From the NCBI GenBank assembly GCA_004764695.1, contig SMSO01000031.1, positions 1,216,436 to 1,280,435 on the forward strand: a stretch of DNA of 64,000 nucleotides, in the 5' to 3' direction. Under the pieces are notes generated by a model that was not told where the DNA came from, did not search any database, and saw nothing but the letters and a program-made list of their open reading frames with translations. Within the stretch, counting starts at the first letter, position 1. Every line of letters begins with the position of its first letter. The translations under genes were made by a program, and so were the position numbers. Below are positions 1 through 9,618 of this stretch, in pieces. Origin of the DNA: Schizochytrium sp. TIO01. Its lineage: Eukaryota > Protista > Bigyra: Labyrinthulomycetes.

Positions 1-985
1 ACAATAGTCTTTTCGTCTCGTGAGCAACGCCTTCGACATTTTGAAAGATCTAAAGGAGAATATTGTGATGAACTAGATACGCTCGATAAAGCACTCCTTG
101 GGCAACACAAGGGGTATTCATCAACCACAACGACCCGTGTCAGCTGAAGCATAGAAGATGCTTCGGCGATCATCTGTTTTATTTTCCAGTCCAGCAATCC
201 ACCCATGTACCACACAATAGGACTCACGATCGCACGTAATCCCTCGTGTTGTTGTCTTACTATCTGAAACAGGTTGCTACACTTCAAGGTTCAACTTTAC
301 GAGACCGAGTCGGGCAAACATTTTATTGTTCTGATTTTCCCTATGGCCGACGTGTATGGATGTCATCAAGTTCTAATATTATCTCATAGTTACTTGAATG
401 GCAAACTAGTTAGGACGAGAGGGAGATCTTCAGACTTTTTCTTGTTTTCTTCTCCTGGTGCCAATTCGGCAAACCAGGAGTCTTCTTGGCGACTTTGACA
501 TAAATAAAGGAGTTTATTTAATCCTAAAAGAGATCCCTCTTTCGAATTAAAATGAACACGAAAATGGAAAAGGCTGACAAAACGTAGAAAGTACAGGACT
601 AAAGAAAGTCACATTCGAGATATAAATATTGCCCACTGAAGTGCTCAGAGATCTCACGGTAAATAACGATTCGCTTCGTCCACTGGCACCATCTTGCTCT
701 ACACGAACCAGTACCTACAGGACCTAACAGAGACTTTTAACAACATGTTCCTTTCCTGTCAAAATAAAACATCCTGCATGTTCTGACACGAACCAGTAGC
801 CCTTGTGAGTACTACAACGTATCCAACTGTAAGACCCTGGAGTTGGTATTTGAGGCAAGTTTTTCCATACCCACTGCTACCGCTTGCTATCTACTTCTAC
901 CAAGGTCTCTATGATGGGCTGGTACGGGAAAAAACTAGGGAGAGTATAGTTTATTTAGTATGTCTGATTTCATCGTTGTTGTTTT
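1..985 (-). pseudogene. Degenerate RecQ-family helicase fragment, running off the left edge
   Basis: Minus-strand pieces in shifting frames follow RecQ motif order: EIR / ILNKLYS / LPSFFPYQPIIETL (motif 0/Q, ~975-900), SGSSGYGKTCLKYQLP (motif I, ~885-835; cf. TGGGKSLCYQLP), GLTV..VVV / MQDV (Ia-like), LTRVVVVDE (Walker B, VVVVDE at 134-117), then CVAQ..YRAY..IFQNV (cf. CVSQWGHDFRPDY..FPNV). Several frameshifts and stops. Confidence 0.62.
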
Positions 986-1224
986 TCCCCCTATCGCTAC
1001 GAGGGACAACTTGAACTTCATCCAAGTAAGTATTGGCCATACTCTCATGCTGCCTGTGGCATGCAAGCTGCCAGAAGCTTCGGGTCTCCAGCACAGCACC
1101 CAAAGACTGCCTTGGCTTCGTGTTGGTGGGCTTAAGGCCGAAAAGCACCTACCTGCCTAGGAGCCTGAGGTAGTCGCAGTGGAAAGACCAACCTTCGTGA
1201 GCAAGTGCGAAAAGAGTCAACCAA

Positions 1225-1247
1225 TAGCTAGCTAGCTAGCTAGCTAG
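1225..1247. repeat. (TAGC)n self-complementary microsatellite
   Basis: tagctagctagctagctagctag seen directly. Confidence 0.9.
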
Positions 1248-1310
1248 GTAGTTAGTATAGCCTACTGTTAGTGGCCTTGAGATAAATGCGTATACTATAG
1301 AGTAAACGCC

Positions 1311-1370
1311 ATCGCAAGTGGGGTATAGCTCGCGAAAGAGAGTTATGTGGCACAGCAAGTGGGGTATAGA
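1311..1370 (+). promoter_or_regulatory. Putative upstream element: 20-bp-period triple repeat CGCAAGTGGGGTATAG
   Basis: atcgcaagtggggtatagct / cgcgaaagagagttatgtgg (degenerate) / cacagcaagtggggtataga, ~380 bp upstream of ATG 1750; related array at 28601-28660. Confidence 0.5.
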
Positions 1371-1749
1371 AAGCGAGAAATGAAGAAAGGAGGAGAGTCG
1401 GGAGGAAAACAAGGAAATCAAATTCAAATCGTGACCGCTCTGTGGCAAGCAGCTGTCGACGCATCTTTGTCTTTGCGCCCGCGAGAGCCTCCGGGCAGTA
1501 CCGAGAGGGGTTGCCTGCCCCTCACCACCTGATACTGCACCGACAGCTTGCGGAGCGAGCCTGCTGTGCGGCCCGGTTCCGCCGGCGGCGCCATCTGTTA
1601 TTGTCTGGCACTTAAGCTGGCCTTTGAATCCTTGGCGGACTCGGAGTACGAGGGAAACTGCGAACCATCGTGACGATCTCTGGCCTTTGAAACCCGTAGA
1701 GGCCCATAAGCGTGGAAGCTTCTCTTCTGGTGTTCAAGCGGCCCTCGCA

Positions 1750-4700
1750 ATGGTCGCAGCTTCCAAAGCGATCGCGAGTAAGAGGCCTGCGAAAAGTCAA
1801 GAGCGCCCTCAAGCAGTCTTGAGCTCCAGGTCCGTAAATGCTAAGTCACCATCGAGAGCCTCTTCGAAGGCAAAATCAGATGCAACCTCCTCTTCGTCCT
1901 CATCGTCCTCTTCACCACCAGCTTCTGCTGGCGCTGTCGATGGCACGACTTTGAGGGATGAGGATAAAGAAAACTCAGGCAAGCAAGTTCAGTTGCTGTA
2001 TGACATGGTTTTGGAGTGCGTGAAGGGTTCTGGGTCGACAGTTGAATTGAGGTACTTTGAGAAGTCCAGGCCTGGAGCTCCTGGAAGTACGCAAGAGGCA
2101 CTCAACAGGCGTCTGGAGCTTGTGGAGAAATGTATGGTGATGGGTGAAGATGGCGAGAACATCTTTGACTTAGATGCATGCGTGCGTTTGTCGAAAAAAG
2201 AATTTTTGATCGATGAGGCTAAAAATTTTAAGTTTCCGCGCTCAGCAGGACCGTACCTTGCTGGCTTAACCTATGAAGAATGGTGGAGTTCTGAAGAGGC
2301 CTTGCTGCTTATGAAACTTTTCTTGGCTGGTCCCTACGCTGAGCTTGTTGAAGCGCTTGAGAGCACGCTGAAGGCCCTGCAGGGGCGTCGCCAGGAGGCT
2401 TTCTTGGACAATAAAGGTGTACCTGATTTTAGCCGTCTTAATCAAGCGATGCGCAACCAGCGCGAGATTGAGATTGAAAACATGCTTGACATTGAAGCAA
2501 ATAAAGCACAGTTCCCTTGCGGATTGTTACGGTATGTACAAGTTCTGTACTTGCGGAACCTTTATTCAGGGAAATGGAATAATGCAGAGCTCTCTCTTCT
2601 CGACGAGTTCGGTGTCTGTATGCGAGCTTGTACAGGGGCGGGCAAACTTGGAGCTGCTCTCCTCCAATCTCTTTTGCCAGCAAACTATATCCGTGCGTCA
2701 TCATCGCTTCTGCAAAAAGCAAATTATGTTGACACCGATTTTGCTTCCCTCGCTGATCTTGTTCGTGCCAGTCGTAAGCTCGCCGCTCCGCAACCAGGAC
2801 CATCCAAAGCCTTTCTTCGCGATGGAAATCTTGTCACTGAACGTAGTATTATTGCAAGTGCTTTCTCCAAGTCAATCTCAAATTTCAAGGAGAGTTTTTC
2901 AACAGTGAACCAAACTTTGACTGCATCACAAATTCAGAGTATTCTTGATAGTCAAAACGGGGGAACCTTAGTTGGTCGTGAACCTGAAAATATCGGAAAA
3001 CTTATTCATAGAAACTGGAAGGTTACTGTGGAGAAAAATGGGAGGTCGACGTGCGCAACGCTAGACAAATGTAAGGTTGTAGCAAAGGGATTTTCAGGCG
3101 AAACGATTCGTATTATTGCGACCCTTCCAAACATTTTGAAGAAAATAAACTTTCGTGGTCATCCGCTTTCTGGCCTAGATGCTTTTTACATCCATTTTCT
3201 CAAACCAGACACCAGTCTTAACGGAGATGAACATGAAACTCCAAAGAGTGCTGCTTCATGGATGGTAGCCCTTGGTTCTGTGCAAGGCTTTAAATTAGAA
3301 ACTTCGATTCTCAACTTCCCGGGCTTTGAAGTCTCTATGGCTCATTTTGACGAGGAGCTGGGAATTGACACCAAACAGAGCGCAACACAAAGTAAGGCTC
3401 TGCTGTCACATATTCGGAAAACTACCTTTCAATTCTGGTTCTCAGCGACCACCGCGTTGTTCCATTACTACAATAATGCTTTTTCCACTGTAAACTTTCG
3501 GGACTGTGTCAAATTCAAGTATCACAATCCAGAGTTCTTATGTAGCGAAGGCAACAAATGCACACTCTGCTCAATCCAATGGGATGAATATCCTAACGGC
3601 TATTCTTTGGCTGATGCTGTCCGGGACGGTGCAATATCTAGTCTCTGGATCCTTCGGACCGATGGACACGAAAGCGTCAAGCTAGACGCTTGGTTTCACC
3701 TGTGCATGAACGTTCTTAATCTCGCATTTTCTGGGCAACGTCTTGACCAGGTTGATACGTCGAGGACACAAAACGATGACTCTAGTTCTTCCCCAAGTCC
3801 ACAAACCCTTCAACAGGGTCATCGTAATGGGCAACTTCAGCAACTATGTTTTAAATGGGTGAAACGCCGTGCTCTCTTTCACTTGCGAGACAACAACCAG
3901 ATCAACTTTCTAATCAATCTGATCATGAAGTCAAAGTCTGCTTTCAGACTTGGTGGTACCAAGATTGTATTTGGAGCTTTAATGCCTGGCCAAATTTGTG
4001 ATCTCGTGAGGTTCAGCAAGAAAAATCGTGAGTATGTACGTGAAACTATGCCATCGGATGAGGCTATGCTGCAAAGTTTCCAAAAGGGCAAAGTCAATGT
4101 CTTATTTGTTGTCAACTTCCTGGATCGCGCGTATAGTGATCCTGGTCTGGCAGCTAGCTGTATGCAAGCCGCCTCAAGTACCGATGCCAAGTCTGAGCAG
4201 CGCGAGGGCCGCCTTCGTCGCACATTCCCAAATGATATGGACGACTATCTCCTGTCAGTAAAGGAAATGCAAAAACTTCAACCCAATGTTGCGAAAGAAA
4301 ATCTCGCAAAGGAAAGAGAAAAAGTTCACAACTATACTCGCATTTGGTCAACAAAACTAGCTCTTGTTCCCCATCAGCGCTTTGATAGAATTAAGCGGAA
4401 GTCAGACTTTATTTTTGGAGACCAGCACACCGGAAAGCGCAGTTGGAGTCTCAAGAAAGGTCTTGTTGATGAATTTTTTGAGCCGTCAACATCAACAACC
4501 AGCGCGGCTTCGGGAAACCGGAGAACATTCAAGGTTCCCGACTTGATTAAGGCTATAGAAGCAACAAGAAAAAAACCGCCTGCCCCCATTCCAGAGTGTA
4601 CAATCCATTATGTTGCGAGGGAACCGGAGCAAATTCCAGTTGGTCCTGTGTCAGATTCTGTCGATGTCGAAATGCATGATTCTGCTGAACATGAAGATTC

Positions 4701-7700
4701 TGTAGACGATCTTGACCGAAATGAGGCTGAGGGATCCAAGCAAAAGTCGGGAGAGGAGAATAACCCAGTCAGAAACGATGAAGTCGTGGAGCCTACGCAA
4801 TTCACTGAAATTGAATCCGTAGAACCAACACAATTTACCGAAAGTGAAAGTGTAGAACCAACCCAATTTATGAATGGGGAAACCAGCCCTGCTGGCGAAG
4901 AACAAAAGGAAATAAATGAAAATGATGATATCGATCAAGATAAGGGCCAGACGAAGAAGAATACCTCTAGGAAAATGAGCATTGAAACGCATGCAGCACA
5001 TTTGAGCAAAAAGAATATCGCAGATACAAGTATAGAAAATCCTACTTTGCATCGCAAGAAAGTGGCCAAAAAGGCAGGCATGCAAATCGTTGAAGAAAAG
5101 GCTGTTGAGGACACATCTGCTGATACCTCCAGGGGGAATCCTGCTCTATTAAGTAAAAGTCCGGCTCCCCGAATTGTAAGAAGAACCCGGCTGTCGATGA
5201 ATCGACAAGAGGCGATCTTGGAAGAAGGCGCTGTGGACTCTCTGGTTATGTTGGTTGGTGACAACACTGCCTCATCAGTTACAGCTTCCGTGCAGCCCTC
5301 AGTGGCACCCCCTGCACAGCAGGAAGTGGCAGGAAAAAAGATTACCGCAGCAAACTCCTCAACCTCAAGCTCTACTCCTTCGAATCGAGCCACACCCAAG
5401 CAGTTGAGAGAAGACAAGGCGCAGCAAGTACTGCAAGCAAAGTCTATTGTAGACGAAGAAATCGATTCTCTACGGAAAGGATCTCTCAATGAATCTGCCG
5501 CTACGAAGAGTACTGATTTTTTCATGGAGCGCCTAAATTCAAAAAGGAGCAAGAGAAATTCAAAATCTTCGTCTTCAGCAGTGGATCACCTTCAGGAATC
5601 ACATGGGGGTCTCGTTGCGAAGATCAGCATGCGCCAGTCTGAAAATCCTAAGATGCTATCATCCCGTAGGAGGCAGTCTGAGTCTAGCAGACCCACGGAA
5701 CCGAATGAGACATCTTCTTTGTTGGAAAAAACCTCGTCCTCTAGTTCAAGTCTGCCTGGAGATGCCCCTCCTCATCAGCCAAAGTCCAGCTCCATATCTA
5801 CGAAAGCGAAGGAAAAGGGCTCCCAAACGCTACGCAAAGGAAGGAGCTCGGAATCTGAGCCATCGACAAACACTAAGAAATCCAAGTCCAACGATAAGGC
5901 TCCTGGGGAACCTGCGGAGTTGGACATCGCAGCAGTACCAAACAAGAAAAGTAAATCAAAGGAGAAGGCTGTTGAGGAAGCTGTGGAGCCTAAGGAAGCC
6001 GAAAATGTTGCACAGTCCAAAAAGACTGGTCGTAAAAAGCCCGCCGACGACCCAAAGGAAGTGGTACACGCAACACAGTCCAAAAAGTGTGGGCCCAAGG
6101 AGAAGGTCATGGAAGAATCTGTAGCTTCAACGCCATCCAAGAAGTCCAGCAATACGGGAAAGTCTGCTAAGGAACCTGTAGTCTCGACATCATCCAAAGA
6201 GTATAAAACGGGCAAATCTAAGGAGAAAAAGGTCATGGGAGAATCTGTATCTTCAACACCATCCAAGAAGTCCAGCAATACGGGAAAGTCTGCTAAGAAG
6301 CCTGTAGCCTCAACACCATCCAAAGAGTCCAACAAGAAGGGAAAGTCTGCTAAGGAACCTGTAGTCTCGACACCATCCAAAGAGTCTAAAAAGGGCGAAC
6401 CTAAGGAGAAAAAGGTCATGGGAGAATCTGTATCTTCAACACCATCCAAGAAGTCCAGCAATACGGGAAAGTCTGCTAAGAAACCTGTAGCCTCAACACC
6501 ATCCAAAGAGTCCAACAACGAGGGGAAATCTGCCAAGGAGTCAGTGACATCACAACCGGCTAAGGACTCAAGGCCCGAGGAAGAGGCTGCTGAGGAACCT
6601 GAAGCCCCAGCACCATCGAAGGAGTCTAACTCCAAGGAGAAGGTTGTTGAGGAATCTAAAACAGCAGAAGAGGCTGACGACTCCAATGATGTAAATCTGG
6701 ATGATCGGTATGAGGATGGTACACCAGACGATACGCAGGTAAACCATGATCCAAGACTTCTTGAAGTAAACGAAATACCTATCAAGAATGAAGTGGAGGT
6801 CAGAGCTCAACATTGTCCTCAGGGGCGGTCTCGCGCAACTCAGTTGCAGCGAATGGTAGTGGATGATTCAACGCAAGACGAGGATGCAGATGGCCAACAG
6901 CTAGGACAGCAGGGAAGCAGAGTTAGGGTTAAGCCAGAACCTCATTTGGAAAGTGAGGCATCTACAATGTCTAATCGAAACTCCCAAACGTCGTCCGATG
7001 GTGTCGCAATACAGGCTGACTTTTTAGAATCTAGCTCTCAGGAGAGTTTATCTGCTTCTTCAAATATGGTACAAAGCGCTGCTGTTTCTTCTGAGGTGAC
7101 ACAGACAGTTGAAGACGTTACTCAGGACACAATGAAATTTCTCGCTAAAATAGAGGATGACCTTCCAAGCCAAAATGGAAGTAAAAGCCAGACTGGAAAA
7201 TCATCGTCATCGTCATCATCGAGCTCCAGCACAGAAGACATACAAAAGGTTCAGGAGCAAAGGAAGAAATCTGCACTGACAGGCCCAACAGCTGGGCCAA
7301 AGAGTCGGTTGGGGGCGAATAAAATACCGGATGAGTTTCGTATTGTTAACTTTCTGAAACTCAATCAGACGTTCAACTATGAAACCTTTTTTAATCGTTT
7401 ATCTAATCTACCACCTAGCAAGGTTGAAGAAGAAGTTAATAGAATGATCGAAATTCGATCTATTAAGTCAAACAAAGATGGTAAACCTATGCGATGTGAG
7501 TGTGGAACCATCTTACTTGCTTACGATGGACAATCTAGCTGCTCCTTTCATGCATATGGTCTCACTGGTTTGGCGATGGCAACATGCCGAAGCAAGATCA
7601 CGCCCGAAGTTCAGCGGCTCCTTTCAAGTGCCCAGGTACTGGGAAAGGGGAAAAGCAAATGTGTCACCTGTGTGCACCAGTCTTCAAGGGTATCTAGATT

Positions 7701-9618
7701 GGACCCTAACAAGGGCATCATCAAGTCAGGTGACATCACTTTGAATTCTTCAGGCCGAGTTACGGCTGGTTCGCTTGCAGGTGCCATGTCGGCCACTGTC
7801 CATGCGGTGTCACAGGCATGTGTTTGTAGTGGCGAGGCTTCGAAAGGAAAGTGTGCAGGACCTTTTCAAAATTACGAACAGGGCAATGGTGACCAGCCTG
7901 TAAATTTATGCTCGGCACATGCTGTATGTATGGCATGTGTCGAAGAAAAGGGTGAGGATGGAGGGAAATTGGACAATCTTGACAACTTGCCCTGTGTATA
8001 CTTTAGTCCTGATGGGTCAGTGCAAGTGTATTGCAAAGAACACAACAAGTGTAGTCAATGTGGTGAGCAATGTAAGCCATATGAGATTGTCTCCTGCGAC
8101 TATTGTGAAGCCTCAGTATGTGCCAAGTGTTCGCAACACAGCTATTTTCGGGTCGTCCCAGGTCCTGGTGTTGAGATTGATTGCTGCCCGAAGTGTCTTA
8201 GCTGTATACATTGCAGTTCTTGTTTTAACTCCCCTGAAGAGGTTGCATGCTTTGTTGACAATCCCAGTCTCAGTAAAGAACATGCTCTTATATCAGATTA
8301 TCCTTTGATGTTATGCCACGAACACTCCCGTTGTTCATTCAAGGGCTGCACTGATGTTGGAACTGAACGCTGCAATATGTGCTCTACAGTGGACGCTGAA
8401 CGCAACGGTCACACTGATGCAAACAGCATTTGGCTGTGTTCCACACATTTTCATGGCAAGAAGAAGACTGAGGAAACACCTGATGAAAAGAATCGCTGTG
8501 AAAAGTGTAACATTCTGTCTTTGTTAGTTTGCGACAAACAGAACTATCCGCTCCTTGGTAGTATTCTTGCAGAGCTGGAGTTCAAAAAGGACGAGACCTC
8601 GCCTGGAGAATGCTATTCATTTCTTGACTCGGCCTTTCAAGCATTATATTTGTATGTTCATGATGATCATGTTGATCGTGACGTGGTAAAGAAGAAACCC
8701 GCTGGATATAACGACCAACGGAGTTACCAAAACATCCGCTCAACCTTTGATTCTCTACTTTCTTCGAGTCTTCTTGCGATGATGTTTGACATGAAAGTGC
8801 GTGGTATGAATCTCAAATGGGATCCTATTGAACTCTTGTGGGCTCGATTAGAGCAAGTTCTCCCATTTTCATATTCGTTAAGTGGCAGCAAAGGGAATAT
8901 TGCAGATGACCATGCCAGTGAACAGAGCTCGTCTCGACCACAACGTAAAAGTGCTGGACTAGCGCGAGCAATGATTGAAAAGTGCAGGGATGAGCGGATT
9001 GAGCAATTTCACCTACTATCTCCAATGAAAACTTTGCGCACAGCTTTGAAAGCGCAAGTGTCTAACAATGTTCCGTTGGCGCAACACTTAGGAACAATCA
9101 TTGCCCCTGTGCTCACCGAGCACGGTCGCTGGACGAAGTTTGTTTTGCAGGAAAAGCGCGGGAAGAGTACAGATATCGCCCTTTCACGCTCAAACAGAAT
9201 TCTGCCTTTCAAAGGCATCTCTAGAGGCGAAGCGCCATCTACTCCTGCAGGAAAGAAGCGATCACTGGACAAGGATAAAGCACCCATGAGTCAAAATAAG
9301 CGACAGCAATCAGCTTCTAAGTCTATGAGCGTTTCAAACGATAGTAACGTTGAGGAAGATCCCTATTCAGCACATAGACCTGTTATAAATGAGGCTCTGC
9401 GGCACAAGTACCTGTATGGCATTGAAATTGAGCCGATAGAGAATTCATCGATCAACGTCATTAACTTGCTGTCTTCAGATGAAGAAAGTGATTCAGAGGA
9501 AGATCAGCCCGTCAGCTCTCAAAAAAGTTCTGAATCTGGAAAGCGAAGAGCTTCCGCACCAACTACAAACTCGCCTGCCTTGAAGCGTAAGCGTGTGCAA
9601 GCGTCTCGACGCTCCTAA
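1750..9618 (+). CDS. Large uncharacterised, probably nuclear protein (~2,620 aa): globular N-terminal region, long S/T/K/E low-complexity linker with TQ and TPSK repeats, C-terminal PHD/C5HCH-like Cys/His zinc-finger array, basic NLS-like tail
   Basis: Uninterrupted 8-kb ORF (open from 1624; first ATG 1750, MVAASK). Many CxxC/CxxH pairs at 7495-8508. KRKRV and GKRR basic clusters at the C-terminus. Confidence 0.88.
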   Translation: MVAASKAIASKRPAKSQERPQAVLSSRSVNAKSPSRASSKAKSDATSSSSSSSSSPPASAGAVDGTTLRDEDKENSGKQVQLLYDMVLECVKGSGSTVELRYFEKSRPGAPGSTQEALNRRLELVEKCMVMGEDGENIFDLDACVRLSKKEFLIDEAKNFKFPRSAGPYLAGLTYEEWWSSEEALLLMKLFLAGPYAELVEALESTLKALQGRRQEAFLDNKGVPDFSRLNQAMRNQREIEIENMLDIEANKAQFPCGLLRYVQVLYLRNLYSGKWNNAELSLLDEFGVCMRACTGAGKLGAALLQSLLPANYIRASSSLLQKANYVDTDFASLADLVRASRKLAAPQPGPSKAFLRDGNLVTERSIIASAFSKSISNFKESFSTVNQTLTASQIQSILDSQNGGTLVGREPENIGKLIHRNWKVTVEKNGRSTCATLDKCKVVAKGFSGETIRIIATLPNILKKINFRGHPLSGLDAFYIHFLKPDTSLNGDEHETPKSAASWMVALGSVQGFKLETSILNFPGFEVSMAHFDEELGIDTKQSATQSKALLSHIRKTTFQFWFSATTALFHYYNNAFSTVNFRDCVKFKYHNPEFLCSEGNKCTLCSIQWDEYPNGYSLADAVRDGAISSLWILRTDGHESVKLDAWFHLCMNVLNLAFSGQRLDQVDTSRTQNDDSSSSPSPQTLQQGHRNGQLQQLCFKWVKRRALFHLRDNNQINFLINLIMKSKSAFRLGGTKIVFGALMPGQICDLVRFSKKNREYVRETMPSDEAMLQSFQKGKVNVLFVVNFLDRAYSDPGLAASCMQAASSTDAKSEQREGRLRRTFPNDMDDYLLSVKEMQKLQPNVAKENLAKEREKVHNYTRIWSTKLALVPHQRFDRIKRKSDFIFGDQHTGKRSWSLKKGLVDEFFEPSTSTTSAASGNRRTFKVPDLIKAIEATRKKPPAPIPECTIHYVAREPEQIPVGPVSDSVDVEMHDSAEHEDSVDDLDRNEAEGSKQKSGEENNPVRNDEVVEPTQFTEIESVEPTQFTESESVEPTQFMNGETSPAGEEQKEINENDDIDQDKGQTKKNTSRKMSIETHAAHLSKKNIADTSIENPTLHRKKVAKKAGMQIVEEKAVEDTSADTSRGNPALLSKSPAPRIVRRTRLSMNRQEAILEEGAVDSLVMLVGDNTASSVTASVQPSVAPPAQQEVAGKKITAANSSTSSSTPSNRATPKQLREDKAQQVLQAKSIVDEEIDSLRKGSLNESAATKSTDFFMERLNSKRSKRNSKSSSSAVDHLQESHGGLVAKISMRQSENPKMLSSRRRQSESSRPTEPNETSSLLEKTSSSSSSLPGDAPPHQPKSSSISTKAKEKGSQTLRKGRSSESEPSTNTKKSKSNDKAPGEPAELDIAAVPNKKSKSKEKAVEEAVEPKEAENVAQSKKTGRKKPADDPKEVVHATQSKKCGPKEKVMEESVASTPSKKSSNTGKSAKEPVVSTSSKEYKTGKSKEKKVMGESVSSTPSKKSSNTGKSAKKPVASTPSKESNKKGKSAKEPVVSTPSKESKKGEPKEKKVMGESVSSTPSKKSSNTGKSAKKPVASTPSKESNNEGKSAKESVTSQPAKDSRPEEEAAEEPEAPAPSKESNSKEKVVEESKTAEEADDSNDVNLDDRYEDGTPDDTQVNHDPRLLEVNEIPIKNEVEVRAQHCPQGRSRATQLQRMVVDDSTQDEDADGQQLGQQGSRVRVKPEPHLESEASTMSNRNSQTSSDGVAIQADFLESSSQESLSASSNMVQSAAVSSEVTQTVEDVTQDTMKFLAKIEDDLPSQNGSKSQTGKSSSSSSSSSSTEDIQKVQEQRKKSALTGPTAGPKSRLGANKIPDEFRIVNFLKLNQTFNYETFFNRLSNLPPSKVEEEVNRMIEIRSIKSNKDGKPMRCECGTILLAYDGQSSCSFHAYGLTGLAMATCRSKITPEVQRLLSSAQVLGKGKSKCVTCVHQSSRVSRLDPNKGIIKSGDITLNSSGRVTAGSLAGAMSATVHAVSQACVCSGEASKGKCAGPFQNYEQGNGDQPVNLCSAHAVCMACVEEKGEDGGKLDNLDNLPCVYFSPDGSVQVYCKEHNKCSQCGEQCKPYEIVSCDYCEASVCAKCSQHSYFRVVPGPGVEIDCCPKCLSCIHCSSCFNSPEEVACFVDNPSLSKEHALISDYPLMLCHEHSRCSFKGCTDVGTERCNMCSTVDAERNGHTDANSIWLCSTHFHGKKKTEETPDEKNRCEKCNILSLLVCDKQNYPLLGSILAELEFKKDETSPGECYSFLDSAFQALYLYVHDDHVDRDVVKKKPAGYNDQRSYQNIRSTFDSLLSSSLLAMMFDMKVRGMNLKWDPIELLWARLEQVLPFSYSLSGSKGNIADDHASEQSSSRPQRKSAGLARAMIEKCRDERIEQFHLLSPMKTLRTALKAQVSNNVPLAQHLGTIIAPVLTEHGRWTKFVLQEKRGKSTDIALSRSNRILPFKGISRGEAPSTPAGKKRSLDKDKAPMSQNKRQQSASKSMSVSNDSNVEEDPYSAHRPVINEALRHKYLYGIEIEPIENSSINVINLLSSDEESDSEEDQPVSSQKSSESGKRRASAPTTNSPALKRKRVQASRRS
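4786..4869 (+). repeat. Coding 33-bp tandem repeat, 3 x VEPTQF
   Basis: VEPTQFTEIES-VEPTQFTESES-VEPTQF. Confidence 0.9.
6100..6545 (+). repeat. Coding minisatellite: ~60-bp units (STPSKxSxxxGKSAK) nested in a 183-bp higher-order duplication
   Basis: aaggtcatgggagaatctgtatcttcaacaccatccaagaagtccagcaatacgggaaagtctgctaagaa recurs 183 bp apart (~6229 and ~6412). Confidence 0.92.

Noticed and set aside
1624-1749. TTG/GTG starts given by the ORF track (also 10270 and 18315)
   Set aside because: Eukaryotic context; the first in-frame ATGs (1750, 10387, 18456) were used instead.
5775-6785. 336-aa antisense ORF with repeats
   Set aside because: Shadow of the coding minisatellite on the opposite strand.
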